This document shows, in pieces, positions 31,865-42,507 of a stretch of DNA of 64,000 nt; positions within the stretch are counted from its first letter, which is position 1; each line of letters begins with the position of its first letter. The notes under the pieces are model-generated. The model ran no database searches, was not told the DNA's origin, and saw nothing but the letters and a program-made list of their open reading frames with translations. Source of the stretch: an uncultured delta proteobacterium (GTDB taxonomy: Bacteria; Desulfobacterota; Syntrophobacteria; Syntrophobacterales; Syntrophobacteraceae); assembly GCA_963808625.1 (NCBI GenBank), contig CAWEHK010000018.1, positions 64,001 to 128,000 on the forward strand, given 5' to 3'. The position numbers and the translations under genes were made by a program.

Positions 31865-31976
31865 AGTGTCCGGATTTCCCTTCGTCATACCGGCATGTTT
31901 TTAGCCGGTATCCAGGAAGGTCTTGTGGATTCCGGCTAGGAGATTGCCGGAATGACGATCCAGGATAATGGACACT
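31865..31976. mobile_element. MITE-like element with AGTGTCC/GGACACT ends around an intact GTCAT..ATGAC REP
   Basis: Terminal inverted repeat plus CGTCATACCGGC...GCCGGAATGACG palindrome (31883-31957). Confidence 0.6.
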
Positions 31977-32011
31977 TTATTCTGCTGAGCTGTATTAGAG
32001 AAGGAGGGAAA

Positions 32012-32815
32012 ATGATCTCACGAAGAGCCGGCATGATGTTGCTGTTTGCGACCACAGTAATTGTGGCTGTGGTCGCTCTCTTGTTGCCACCAATTCCGCA
32101 GCCGCAGTCATATCACATGTTCGCTGACCAGCGCGGTTTTCTGGGCTTTCCCAATTTTGGTGACGTGGTTTCCAATCTGGCTTTCGCAGTAATTGGATTG
32201 TGGGGTCTGGTTTTCTTGCTGCGATCCAACTCCGAACAGATTCCAACACATTTTCTTGACAGGCGAGAACGCTGGCCATTCCTGTTTGTTTTTGCCGGCA
32301 TGCTGCTCACGGCATTCGGTTCCTGGTACTATCATCTTCATCCAAGCAACGCATCCCTCGTCTGGGACAGATTGCCGATGACGATAGTGTTCATGTCGTT
32401 AGTGGCGGCCATAATCGCAGAGCGCATCAGCCTGCGAGCCGGTCTCTGGCTGTTGCCGGTACTTCTGCTAATCGGCCTGAGCAGCGTGTTGCATTGGTAC
32501 CTGAGCGAAGTGCGCGGTGCCAGCGATTTGCGCTTTTATGCCGCGGTGCAGGCGTATTCGATTCTCGTGCTCTTGATCGCACTTGTTCTTCCGCCGCGCT
32601 ACACGCGAGGATCAGACCTGGCGGCGGTGGTGGGTTTCTATGCCCTCGCGAAAGTCCTGGAGATTCTTGACAAGCCGATTTTCGGGATAGGACACATCGT
32701 CAGCGGCCACACCTTAAAGCATCTGGCGGCCGCAGTCGCCGGCTACTGGATTTTGCGCATGTTGCAGAAGAGACGGCCGCTCCCGAGCCTCTCTTCCGCC
32801 TCTTCCGGTTCTTGA
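32012..32815 (+). CDS. Ceramidase-like (CREST superfamily) membrane protein
   Basis: YHMFADQR, VVSNLAF, GSWYYH, WDRLPM, SGHTLKH. Confidence 0.8.
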   Translation: MISRRAGMMLLFATTVIVAVVALLLPPIPQPQSYHMFADQRGFLGFPNFGDVVSNLAFAVIGLWGLVFLLRSNSEQIPTHFLDRRERWPFLFVFAGMLLTAFGSWYYHLHPSNASLVWDRLPMTIVFMSLVAAIIAERISLRAGLWLLPVLLLIGLSSVLHWYLSEVRGASDLRFYAAVQAYSILVLLIALVLPPRYTRGSDLAAVVGFYALAKVLEILDKPIFGIGHIVSGHTLKHLAAAVAGYWILRMLQKRRPLPSLSSASSGS

Positions 32816-32841
32816 CGTCATCGGGGAACGGCACGCCTCGT

Positions 32842-33465
32842 TCAATGCGCCGCTGTGGAAGACGTTGCCAATTCCGGTGACAATCGCATGGTTCGGGAAA
32901 GAAGCAGGAGCCCGAAGATCAAGGCGAAGATATCGCCTCCAAGGGTCAGGATCACCGACAGCAGGTTCATCATGTCCACCGCGGAGACCCAGCTGGCGAC
33001 CCCACTGGTGGTGGTCTGTACGGTCGGCAGACCCGCCTGTGGCGCCGATAAAAAATAGAAGAGCAGCGTACCGACTTCGAACAGCAATACCAGCATCGAG
33101 AAGAAGATGGCCAAGATCGTCGCGACAAGTCCAGTCCTTACGGTCCTGCGCAAGGAAGACTCGGACGGCCGCGATGCTGGGTCCTGAATGCGCCTGGCAA
33201 TGCGCGTGTACCGGTAAAACCAGAGGGCGATGAAGACCGAGAGCAGCAAGCCAACGGTCGACAAGATTTGCACGAAGGGCAGCCCGGAACGAGAGCCTCC
33301 GGATGGCCTGCCCGTAAATACAAAAGTGTAGAACATGATGATGATGGGAAGCGCGCCCATCACCACCAGTGCCCAAAAACCACACCAGCCCAATCGCGAA
33401 AAGGCTTTGTCAAGATTATCGGTTTTCAACGTCTGCCGACCTTCCGTCATGTTATCCAGCATCAC
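32842..33465 (-). CDS. DUF3611-like membrane protein
   Basis: FSRLGWCGFW, four TM segments, PQAG, VSAVD. Confidence 0.65.
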   Translation of the reverse strand: MMLDNMTEGRQTLKTDNLDKAFSRLGWCGFWALVVMGALPIIIMFYTFVFTGRPSGGSRSGLPFVQILSTVGLLLSVFIALWFYRYTRIARRIQDPASRPSESSLRRTVRTGLVATILAIFFSMLVLLFEVGTLLFYFLSAPQAGLPTVQTTTSGVASWVSAVDMMNLLSVILTLGGDIFALIFGLLLLSRTMRLSPELATSSTAAH

Positions 33466-33539
33466 ACGGTTCCTTCTTACCCCCGTCGGGGATTGGGAGA
33501 AAAACCTTCGCCTTCAGGCGCACACCTCGGGTGCCTTGC

Positions 33540-34022
33540 TTACCCCTCGAGCACCTGCCGCAGCCGCTTCTCATCGTCGATGGTGAGGGAGGTCTTCAGG
33601 ACTTTGCCCTTGAAGCCTTGCAGGCGTTCCAGCACCTTGTCCTCCGTGGCCGTGCGAAACAGCACGAAAAGCGCCGAGGCGCCGGGCGTGAAGTCTTTGC
33701 TGAACTCTTTCATGAATTTGTCGTCGATACCGATGTCCGTGAGCTTGCCGCTGAGGGCGCCGGCGCCGGCGCCCACGGCAGCGCCCAGCAGGGGGTTGAG
33801 AAAGAGAAGGCCGATGAGCATTCCCCAGAAGCTGCCGCTCACGGCTCCCGTCATGGTCAGGTTGACGGCCTGATGCAGCTTGACTTTGCCCTTTTCATCC
33901 TTGGTGACCACCACCACGTCTTTCATGTCGATCAGATACTCTTTCTGCATCTTGGCCAATTCCGCCCGCACGGCAAAAGCGGTGTGCTCGTCATGAAATT
34001 CGATTGCGACCAGTTGGGACAT
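33540..34022 (-). CDS. DUF1269-family membrane protein
   Basis: GKVKLHQ, GSFWGMLIGLLF, DIGIDDKFMKE, GKVLKTSL. Confidence 0.9.
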   Translation of the reverse strand: MSQLVAIEFHDEHTAFAVRAELAKMQKEYLIDMKDVVVVTKDEKGKVKLHQAVNLTMTGAVSGSFWGMLIGLLFLNPLLGAAVGAGAGALSGKLTDIGIDDKFMKEFSKDFTPGASALFVLFRTATEDKVLERLQGFKGKVLKTSLTIDDEKRLRQVLEG

Positions 34023-34358
34023 GGAGACCTCCTTTGGTTGAATGGAGTTGCAAAAAAGATTGCGTCATTCACGGTGGACAACCACGGCTGACAATGCGCC
34101 GGGTTTCCCGCAATCGGGTAAAGCCGAACACTCGAAAACCCCAAAAAAATAAGATCAAATCCGACAATAAGCAAGGCTTATGTTTCTTTATTGCATGAGT
34201 GGGATTACCCCGATGCCCTGCTCTCCGGGTGTTGACCATCCCGTGCTGTCGTTTCCACAATCATTGGCGCTATCCATCCACGCCGGCACCCGTGCCTGAA
34301 CTTAGCGCCCTTCGGGTGAATTTTCTTTGACAGGATTTATTTAGAAAAATGGAAATTC

Positions 34359-34503
34359 CTATACGGTGAACCTCTTGGGCGAACTTTAATCAAACAACTC
34401 ACCACGAAGAGCACGAAGGAATGCTTTCACAATAATCTCTGTGCTCTTCTTCGTGATCTTCGTGTCCTTCGTGGCAAAAAAAAAATTCAAATTACTATAC
34501 GGT
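34359..34503. repeat. CACGAAG-type REP-like inverted repeat between 9-bp direct repeats
   Basis: CCACGAAGAGCACGAAG (34402-34418) / CTTCGTGTCCTTCGTGG (34458-34474); CTATACGGT at 34359 and 34495. Confidence 0.6.
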
Positions 34504-34546
34504 CAAGGTACGCGCAAGACGGGTTGTACCGCTGTCCCCCCACCGG

Positions 34547-35742
34547 TCAGCGGCCTCGCGTCAGGATCCAGTAAACCGAGCCGTTGGGTGCTTCGACCGC
34601 ATAGATCAGTCGGCTCCGGGGGGTCTCGGTGTTGGTAAGCCGCAGGAATAAATCGTCGAAAAACTCCGGCGTTTCCAGGCTGAAATTGTGGAAATTGCGC
34701 GTGCGGTTAACCGGTGTCACATCCACCACGGTCACGTCCTCGCTGTCCGGATCGATCGAGTCCGTCACGCGCACGGCCTCTTCCAACTGGCGCGGGCTGA
34801 GGGTGCTTTCGCCGCGCCGTCGTCCCCAGTTGAGGAGGCGGCTTGCCAGCAAGGCCCTGTCGTTGGAGGAAACGTAGATCGTGGTCTTGCGGGCCAGGGC
34901 CTTGAGCGCATGCTTGAACTGGTCGTTGAACTCATTGTAATCGACGTCCGGGGCGGTCAGCACGACGTCTTCGATCTCGGTCTTGGCGTCGGCCAGGTCC
35001 GTCTGCTCGTAGAGCAGGCGGAAGGCATCGACGGCGACCTGGGCCCCCATGCTGTTGGCTATCAGCCACAGCCGCTCGGGCCGGATGTCCCGAATGGTCA
35101 GCTCCAGGGTGCGGGCCAGGTCCGCCCCGGACGCTTCGGCGACCCGGCGCGCCGCTGGTAGCCGCCCGGCGAACTGCCCTGGTTGCCGGGCCAGTCGAAG
35201 AGGAGAACCGGCGAGTTGATGTCCAGCACGTGGCCGAGGAAAGCGGTCTTGCGCAGGCCGGAGGGGAAAGCCTCCCTGAAGCCGTGCACGACGACCAGCA
35301 ACGACCGGAGCGGAGATTCTTTGACGCGCTCTTGCACCTGCGCGACAAAGCTTGCGGGATCCAACTCCTGCACCGCCGTGAGCTTGATTTCCTCATTCTG
35401 GAACCACTCGGTCGGGTTGATGAGCATGCCCAGGCCCAGAGAGGGTTCAATCTTGACATCAAAGTATCCGAACGTGAGGGTTTCCTGTCGTTCTATCCCG
35501 AAACGCTCCTCGATCGGCCCGGCGTTGCTTTCCGGGCGGCGGTTCGTGACGAAGAAAAACCGATACTCCCCCTGCCGGCTCAGTTGGGCGACCTGCATGC
35601 GCCGGAACAAAAAGGCCTCGGCGCGCTGCAACGCGTAGCTCGTCGAAGCAAAATAGACCTTGTAGAACCAGACCCCCAGCCCCACCAAAACCACCAGCGT
35701 CAACCCCATGCCGATCAGCACGCGTCGTTTCAAGCGGGTCAT
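34547..35742 (-). CDS. DUF900-family alpha/beta hydrolase; apparent frameshift near 35150
   Basis: FFVTNR, VVHGF, FDWPG, then ANSMG, LTAPDVD, YVSSNDRAL in the second frame. Confidence 0.82.
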
Positions 35743-36143
35743 GGCATCTCCTCCTGCACCCGATCGGTGCCGTTTCAAACTTGGCGCCCGGGCGGTATTC
35801 GTCTTCACGACGGATCAAGCACAATGTTGACAAAAATGGCAGCAAACTTGCAGCGGCAGGTCCGGGGTCGACAACAGGTGATATGGAATCGTTTATTGCA
35901 CGCCGAACCATGTCATCGAGCGAGTTTATATCCGCACCGTTCTTATACCGCTGCTATTCTATGCCTGTCAACTGCTCGACATTGATCAGCAACGCCGGAC
36001 CTTTGTTTTTCTTCACCCCTTTTTCGTCTTTCAGAGGGGTTGCCCGGAAGCATCAAAGCCGGACCTTCCAGCCCGAGTCTGCGTCCATTGCCGGTTCGAA
36101 GAGGGTTGCATTCATGATTGGCTCTCCTTGTGCGGCAGGCCTT

Positions 36144-37103
36144 TCAGGACAAGGCCTGCTTGGCGGCGAGGCGGCGGCTGCCATAAATGTTGGCATACGC
36201 ATACGAGAACTCGCATCCCAGGAAGAAAATCTGACAGGCCAGAAAAATCCACAGCATCAGAATCATCACACTGCCGATCACCCCGTAGGACAGGAACCGG
36301 CTGAAAACGGAAACAACGCTGCCGGTGGCGAGTTGCTGCAGCCCGGCCAGCAAGACCGCCGTCATCAGCGCCCCCATCCAGACATCCCGCCACTGCGGGC
36401 GGACGGAGGGCAGCACTTTGAACAGCACGCACAGGGTGAGGCTCAGAATAAAAATGGTCGAGCCGATCTGCAAACCTCGCGTCAATTGCAGCTCGTCCAC
36501 CCTTTGAATCCAGGCGAAGGTTTCCTGAAAGCGGGATAGCAGATCGAGGACGGTCCTGATAAAAATGTTCGCTACCAGTGACGTCAGCAGCAGCAAGGCC
36601 GTCCCCACCACGAGCAAATACGCCACCAGCTTGTTGACGATGAGGAATAAAACCATTTTGGGGACCGAGCCCGCATCGGAGACACGGTTGGGGGACTCCC
36701 AGATTTTGTTGACCGACTGCCGGAGGATCGCAAACAAGGTGCTGGCCGCAAAAAAGAGCAGCATGAAGCCCACGATCCCGGCGCCGACACTGGTTTCGTT
36801 GAGGGCAATGATCGTGCCGACAACCATGCTTTGCACGTCCGGCGGCAAGTCCCGCACAATCATAGACTGGATGTATCGGAACGCCTCCGTGTCCGGTCCG
36901 ATCAGGGCGCCCACAATACTCAGGATCACCAGCAGCAAGGGGAAAAGGGAGAACAGCGCGTAGTACGAGAGGGCGGCGGCCATGCCGGGGCAGTTATCGC
37001 GGTCCCACTTCAGCCCGGTTTGAATCAGCAGCTGCGCCGGTCTCGATGGCAGAACGACTGAACGCAGGTACGGCCAAACGATGGTTTGAAGGCGTCGCAT
37101 CAT
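36144..37103 (-). CDS. YihY/BrkB-family membrane protein
   Basis: MAAALSYYALFSLFPLL, VNKIW, YGVIGSV, IFFLGCE. Confidence 0.92.
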   Translation of the reverse strand: MMRRLQTIVWPYLRSVVLPSRPAQLLIQTGLKWDRDNCPGMAAALSYYALFSLFPLLLVILSIVGALIGPDTEAFRYIQSMIVRDLPPDVQSMVVGTIIALNETSVGAGIVGFMLLFFAASTLFAILRQSVNKIWESPNRVSDAGSVPKMVLFLIVNKLVAYLLVVGTALLLLTSLVANIFIRTVLDLLSRFQETFAWIQRVDELQLTRGLQIGSTIFILSLTLCVLFKVLPSVRPQWRDVWMGALMTAVLLAGLQQLATGSVVSVFSRFLSYGVIGSVMILMLWIFLACQIFFLGCEFSYAYANIYGSRRLAAKQALS

Positions 37104-37148
37104 AAGGTTTCTTTGGGGGCCATCCGGCACCCGAATTTGTCGATCACA

Positions 37149-37175
37149 GGTGAAAAGGACTTTTGCAAGAGGCTC
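37149..37175 (-). mobile_element. Isolated left end of the 153-bp MITE
   Basis: Reverse complement GAGCCTCTTGCAAAAGTCCTTTTCACC matches 19274-19300 at 26 of 27 positions. Confidence 0.75.
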
Positions 37176-37192
37176 TCTTGGCAACAACACTA

Positions 37193-38542
37193 TTAGCGGC
37201 CGGTAAAGTAGAAGAGACCCAAAACATACAGAGCCGAGACAACCAGCTGGCAGATAGTCAGGGGCACGCCGTACCGCATAAAGGTTACAAATGATATCGG
37301 CTTGCCCTGCGAGGCGCAGATCCCGCTGGCCACCACATTGGCCGAGGCGCCGATGAGGGTGGCGTTCCCTCCCAGGGTACCGGCGAACATCATGGCCACA
37401 AAGACGGGTAGAACATGCGTCGGCCACTCTGCAAAGGACCCAGACAGCGCCGTCTCAGGAACAAATTGGGCAGTCACCAGATACCCCTTGACCATGAGCA
37501 GCATAATGGCGACCACGGGAATATTGGCCAGCAGGCTGGAGGAGAGACCAACAAAGGCCAGGACGAACAGGCTGATGAGGACGAGTTCGGTGCCGAACCA
37601 GGTGTAGAGGTACTGTGACATTCCCTGGAGAATCCCGGTCTTGGAAAATGCCTCCACCAGGCAGAAGAGGGCAAGGAGAAACAGAATGGTCCGCCAATCC
37701 ACGTCCTGGAGCACCTTGGTGACCGGTTCGACGTCGGCTTTATAGACTAACAGCAAAGCCAGGGCCGCGGCAATAATGGCGACGGCCGGGGGCACGATCC
37801 TGGAGGGCAAGAAATCGCCAGCCACAAATAATACCACCATGAAGGCCAGGATCAGGAGAGCAAAGAGGCACAGGTAAGGACGCTGCAAGGGTTCGGGTTT
37901 GAGGTCGGTTGGCAGGGTGCGTTTCGCCTGCCACAGGTCTTTCATCAGCCAGGGCAGGAGGGGCACCAGGACCAAGACCGAGAAGAGACCGCCAAGACTC
38001 ACTCTCTGGAGATACTGAATAAAGGTCATACCGATACTGCTGCCCACCAGAAAGGTCGCCGGATCGCCCACGAGGGTGAGCAGGCCGGCCGAATTGCTGA
38101 TAATGGCAGTGACAATCATGGGTCCCACAAAGTCTACCTCCAGGGCCCGGGTCACCCGGATGATGATGGGCGCCAGGAGGATCACCGTGGTGGCATTGGG
38201 CAGCATGGTGCACAGTGGCCCCACCAGCAGGAACAGACTCAGGAGAAACCGTTTGCCGCTGCCTTTGGTGGCTAACAGATACCGCGAGCCGATATACTCG
38301 AAGATACCGGTGGGCACCAGGACCCGGGCCACCACCATGCCGCCGAACAGCAGCGCCAGCGGACCGCCGGCGGTGCGGGTGACGTTCAGAATGTCCTGCT
38401 GGTTAAAAACGCCGAAGACAATCAGCACGCACACCCCCAGGAGCGCGGCGAGAAGCATGTCGACAACATCAAAAGCAATGGCGGCAATAACGCCGAGGAA
38501 GACCACAATGATGACAATATTCTGGACAGATTCAGTCAGCAT
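37193..38542 (-). CDS. ArsB/NhaD (IT superfamily) anion or ion permease
   Basis: LPNATTV, SNSAGLLTLVGDP, LANIP, LGGNATLIGASANVV. Confidence 0.88.
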   Translation of the reverse strand: MLTESVQNIVIIVVFLGVIAAIAFDVVDMLLAALLGVCVLIVFGVFNQQDILNVTRTAGGPLALLFGGMVVARVLVPTGIFEYIGSRYLLATKGSGKRFLLSLFLLVGPLCTMLPNATTVILLAPIIIRVTRALEVDFVGPMIVTAIISNSAGLLTLVGDPATFLVGSSIGMTFIQYLQRVSLGGLFSVLVLVPLLPWLMKDLWQAKRTLPTDLKPEPLQRPYLCLFALLILAFMVVLFVAGDFLPSRIVPPAVAIIAAALALLLVYKADVEPVTKVLQDVDWRTILFLLALFCLVEAFSKTGILQGMSQYLYTWFGTELVLISLFVLAFVGLSSSLLANIPVVAIMLLMVKGYLVTAQFVPETALSGSFAEWPTHVLPVFVAMMFAGTLGGNATLIGASANVVASGICASQGKPISFVTFMRYGVPLTICQLVVSALYVLGLFYFTGR

Positions 38543-38613
38543 GGCAACCGCCTGCTAAGGAATAGCACCGTGAGATTCCTTCGTGGGATGGCAGAACTGA
38601 TGGCAATGGCGGT

Positions 38614-39639
38614 TTAGCGGAAAGGCGGGGCATACAACAAGCCTCCTTGGGTCCAGAGACGGTTGAGTCCCCGGTCGAGTTTAATCTCGCTTTTAGTTCC
38701 CAGGTGACGCTCGTAGACCTCGCTGTAGTTGCCCACCGCCTCGATGACCCGGACAACCCAGCCGGGTTTGAGCCCTAAAGCCTTTTCCGGTAAGCCGTCG
38801 GAGGCGAGAAAACGACGTAGCCCGGGGTCGGGGGAGGTTTCTACCAGGGTGCGCACATTGGCCTGGGTGATACCACGCTCTTCCGCTTCGATGAGGGCAT
38901 AAAGCACCCATTTTGTGAGCGTCAGCCAGGCCTCGTCATCCTTGCGGACAACCGGCCCCAAGGGTTCCTTGGAGATGGTTTCAGGGAGGATGACATATTC
39001 TTCGGGGCCGCCAGGGGCCAACGTGCGGATGCCGATTAACTCCGCCCGATCTGCGGTTAGAGCCTGGCAGCGGCCCTGAAAAAAATTATCTCGCAACTCC
39101 TGGAGGGTATCCACGGGCATGGGGGTAAAAGACCATCCCTGCTGATGAAAGTAGTCCCCCAGATTGATCTCATGGGTGGTCCTTCTGGCCAGGCAGATGG
39201 TGGCGCCACTTAAATCCGCGAGTCGGTGTATACCGCTGGTTCGGGGGACCATGAAGGCTTGGCCGTCGTAGTAGTAGATACCGGCGAAGCGGACCCCGAT
39301 GGCAGCTTCACGCTCGAAAGTATAGGTCGTGTTGCGCAGGAGCAGGTCAATCTTGCCGGCGAGCAGCACCGGGAACCGGCTGGCTGAGGTCACCGGCACA
39401 AAGGCCACCTTATCAGCCTGACCCAGGGCCGCGGCAGCCACGGCGCGGCAGAAATCGATTTCAAAACCCTGCCAAAGGCCGGCCTCGTCTTGCCTGGAAA
39501 ACCCGGGCATGTCACCACTGACACCGCACCGGACCACACCGTTGGCCCGTACCAGGTCCAGGGTTGGGCCTGCCAGGGCCGCGGCGGGATGCAGCACCTG
39601 CAGCCACAAAAAGCACGCTATGAGAATCAGTCGCATCAT
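38614..39639 (-). CDS. Amino-acid ABC transporter substrate-binding protein (AapJ/BztA-like), orphan
   Basis: DFCRAVAAA, RNTTYT, ISKEPLGP, VGNYSE, GGLLYAPPFR. Confidence 0.9.
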   Translation of the reverse strand: MMRLILIACFLWLQVLHPAAALAGPTLDLVRANGVVRCGVSGDMPGFSRQDEAGLWQGFEIDFCRAVAAAALGQADKVAFVPVTSASRFPVLLAGKIDLLLRNTTYTFEREAAIGVRFAGIYYYDGQAFMVPRTSGIHRLADLSGATICLARRTTHEINLGDYFHQQGWSFTPMPVDTLQELRDNFFQGRCQALTADRAELIGIRTLAPGGPEEYVILPETISKEPLGPVVRKDDEAWLTLTKWVLYALIEAEERGITQANVRTLVETSPDPGLRRFLASDGLPEKALGLKPGWVVRVIEAVGNYSEVYERHLGTKSEIKLDRGLNRLWTQGGLLYAPPFR

Positions 39640-39786
39640 ACGTCCCCTGCTTCGGCTTGCCGGAAGGCCTGGTCAATAAACTTGGCCAAGATGGCCTCAG
39701 ATGTATTTATAATACTTCGCCGGCAAACAACAAGCGTTTTCATCCACGGTGAACCGGTTCAGCGTGAGTCGGCACCTGAAACCCCC

Positions 39787-39815
39787 TTGACAGCATCCAC
39801 GGCAGGTGCTATCCA
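39787..39815 (+). promoter_or_regulatory. Putative sigma-70 promoter related to the duplicated module
   Basis: TTGACA-GCATCCACGGCAGGTGC-TATCCA. Confidence 0.6.
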
Positions 39816-39864
39816 AATAAATCTTAAAAAGTGATTTTTTACCCCCTCATCAGGAGACCCTGAT

Positions 39865-42459
39865 ATGCATCGCTTAAAACGCTTGATCATTATCCTCGCA
39901 GCCACGTTCCTGTCTTTAGGCGCTCTCTATGGGTTGTTCGGATTGGTCTTCACCGACTTTCTGGTTAATGAATGGTGGTTCCGATCCTTGGGGTTCGGCT
40001 TCTATTTCTGGCAGAGACTGCTGTACCGTTACCTGGTGTTTGCGGGGTTTACCCTCCTGTTCTTTCTGGTCATTTTTATCAATTTCTGGGTGGCCACGCG
40101 GTTTCTGGGCGAGGCGCCCACGGGTGAAACCAAGCCGGAATCGAGGGTCCGCCTCGGGTACCGGCAGCTGTTGGAGAACTTTCGCCGGCGGTCGCTAAAA
40201 TTTTACTTCCTCTTCTCTCTTGTTGTTGCGGTCTTCATCGCCTTTCCCCTCTACGGCCATTGGGAAGATGCCCTGCTCTTCCTGTTCGCTCCCCCAGCCG
40301 GCCTCCAGGACCCGGCTTACGGCAAGGACGTGAGCTACTTCCTCTTTTCCCTGCCCATCTACCAGCTTCTCCTGCAGGAACTGTTGTTTGCTGTGGTGTT
40401 CATGTTCCTGGGGTCAGCCCTGCTTTACTGGCGGGAGAACCACCTGCTTGGCGGTCAGGGGCTGCACCTGCCGTGGGGGGCCAAGGTTCACCTCAGCGGG
40501 TTGGCCTGCCTGGCCTTTCTCATAGGCGCCTGGTTTTTCATGCTCCAACGGCACAACCTGCTTTACGACCAGACCCATACCCCCCTGTTTTTCGGCCCCG
40601 GCTACGCCCAGATGCGCGTGGTCCTGCCCCTCATCTGGCTGTCCATCGTTTTCCTTCTGGGAGTCGCAATCTCCCTCATTTTCTTCATTCATACGCGCAA
40701 GGGACTAAGAGTATTTATTGCTTCCACCGCATTGTTTTTTCTGGCCCTGGGGGCGTTATACTCTCCGTTTTTACCCAATCTGGTTCACGAATACATCGTG
40801 GCTCCCAACCAAATCGTCCGGGAAAGACCCTTCATCAATCACAACATCCAGGCAACTCTGGCCGCCTACGATCTGACCGGGGTGGAAACCCGAAATTACC
40901 CCATCAGCGACCTTCCCTTGGACATCCGGTCACCCAAGCTCCAGATGTCCCTGCGCAACATTCCGGTATGGGACGCGGAGATGCTCAAGGATGTTTTTCA
41001 GCCACTCCAGGCGCTGCGCACGTATTACGCTTTCGAGTCCGTGGACGTGGACCGCTACACCGTTGGCGGTGTCTATCAGCAAGTGTTTCTCTCGGCCCGC
41101 GAATTGGATCACCAAAAGCTGCCTCCCGCGGCCCAAAACTGGGTGAACGAGCGCCTCAAGTACACACACGGCAACGGGGTGGTGATGATCCCGGCGGCCC
41201 AGCGGGGCGAGGCCCCCATGACCTGGTTTCTTCAGGACATCCCACCATGGTCCGGCTATGGCTTGCAGATCGAGCAGTCTGCCATCTATTACGGCCTGGG
41301 GGCGTATCCTCCGGTCATCGCCCCGAATGATAGCGGAGAGATCGGCTCTCCCCTCAATGGCACCAACGCCATCGTAAATTATAGCGGCACGGGCGGGGTG
41401 CCGGTCTCCTCCTTTTTCCGGAAGCTCATCTTTGCCCTGTATTTCAAAGAAAAGGACATCCTTTTCACCACTCAGACCAACGCCAAGAGCCGCATGCAGT
41501 TCCATCGCAACATCGTGGAGCGGATCAAGATCCTGACCCCCTTTTTCCTGCTGGATAAAGACCCCTATATCGTGGCCACTTCCCAGCGGCTCTACTGGAT
41601 ACAGGACGCCTACACCGTGTCCAACCGCTATCCCTACTCCCAGCCCTACAACGACGAGATCAACTATATCCGCAACTCCGTCAAAATCGTGGTGGACGCC
41701 TATGACGGTACCGTGGACTTTTACCTGGCGGATCCCCGGGACCCCATCATCCAGGCTTACAGCCGCATCTACCCGGGGCTCTTCAAAGGACTGGATCGCA
41801 TGCCGGCTGAACTGCAGGCGCACATCCGGTATCCCAAGGATATTTTCGATATTCAGATGAGTATTTTCACCAAGTATCACCAAACCGACCCGGAGGTCTT
41901 TTTCAAACAGGAAGACATCTGGGAGTTTCCCACGATTTCCTCTCATGGCAAGTCGACCAGAATAGAGCCAAACTACCTGACCCTCAGCATCCTGGAAAAA
42001 GAGAAGGACGAATTCATCCTGCTCACCTCCATGATTCCCAAGGCTCGCACCAACCTCCGGTCATTGGTCGTGGCGGGATGCGATGGCCCCAACTATGGGA
42101 AAATCGTGGTTTTTAGTTTTCCCAGAGGCACCCTGGTCTTCGGTCCCCAGCAGGTGGATGCCTTTATCAATCAGGATACCGCCATGTCCCAATCTTTCAC
42201 CCTGTGGAACCAGATGGGCTCCCGGGTGAACCGGGGCAAGATGATCATTCAGCCTATTGGAGAGGCTATCGTCTATGTACAGCCCGTGTATCTGGAAGCC
42301 ACGCAGGGCACCGGGATTCCCCAGCTCAAACGCCTGATTCTGTCCAAGGGGGAAACCGTCGTCATGGAACCCTCGCTGGAACAAGGGCTGGAGGCTCTGA
42401 ATGAGCGTATGCGGGTATCAACGGAGCCGGAGAAAAGACTCGCGCCTCAATCGCCCTGA
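39865..42459 (+). CDS. UPF0182-family membrane protein
   Basis: WWFRSLG, DVSYFLFSLP, DVDRY, YTHG, NYIRNSVK, HIRYP, YVQPVY. Confidence 0.93.
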   Translation: MHRLKRLIIILAATFLSLGALYGLFGLVFTDFLVNEWWFRSLGFGFYFWQRLLYRYLVFAGFTLLFFLVIFINFWVATRFLGEAPTGETKPESRVRLGYRQLLENFRRRSLKFYFLFSLVVAVFIAFPLYGHWEDALLFLFAPPAGLQDPAYGKDVSYFLFSLPIYQLLLQELLFAVVFMFLGSALLYWRENHLLGGQGLHLPWGAKVHLSGLACLAFLIGAWFFMLQRHNLLYDQTHTPLFFGPGYAQMRVVLPLIWLSIVFLLGVAISLIFFIHTRKGLRVFIASTALFFLALGALYSPFLPNLVHEYIVAPNQIVRERPFINHNIQATLAAYDLTGVETRNYPISDLPLDIRSPKLQMSLRNIPVWDAEMLKDVFQPLQALRTYYAFESVDVDRYTVGGVYQQVFLSARELDHQKLPPAAQNWVNERLKYTHGNGVVMIPAAQRGEAPMTWFLQDIPPWSGYGLQIEQSAIYYGLGAYPPVIAPNDSGEIGSPLNGTNAIVNYSGTGGVPVSSFFRKLIFALYFKEKDILFTTQTNAKSRMQFHRNIVERIKILTPFFLLDKDPYIVATSQRLYWIQDAYTVSNRYPYSQPYNDEINYIRNSVKIVVDAYDGTVDFYLADPRDPIIQAYSRIYPGLFKGLDRMPAELQAHIRYPKDIFDIQMSIFTKYHQTDPEVFFKQEDIWEFPTISSHGKSTRIEPNYLTLSILEKEKDEFILLTSMIPKARTNLRSLVVAGCDGPNYGKIVVFSFPRGTLVFGPQQVDAFINQDTAMSQSFTLWNQMGSRVNRGKMIIQPIGEAIVYVQPVYLEATQGTGIPQLKRLILSKGETVVMEPSLEQGLEALNERMRVSTEPEKRLAPQSP

Positions 42460-42507
42460 ACCTGATCAGAAAAGCCGGAAGAATTTCTTAGGGTAGGCCC
42501 CAAAATA

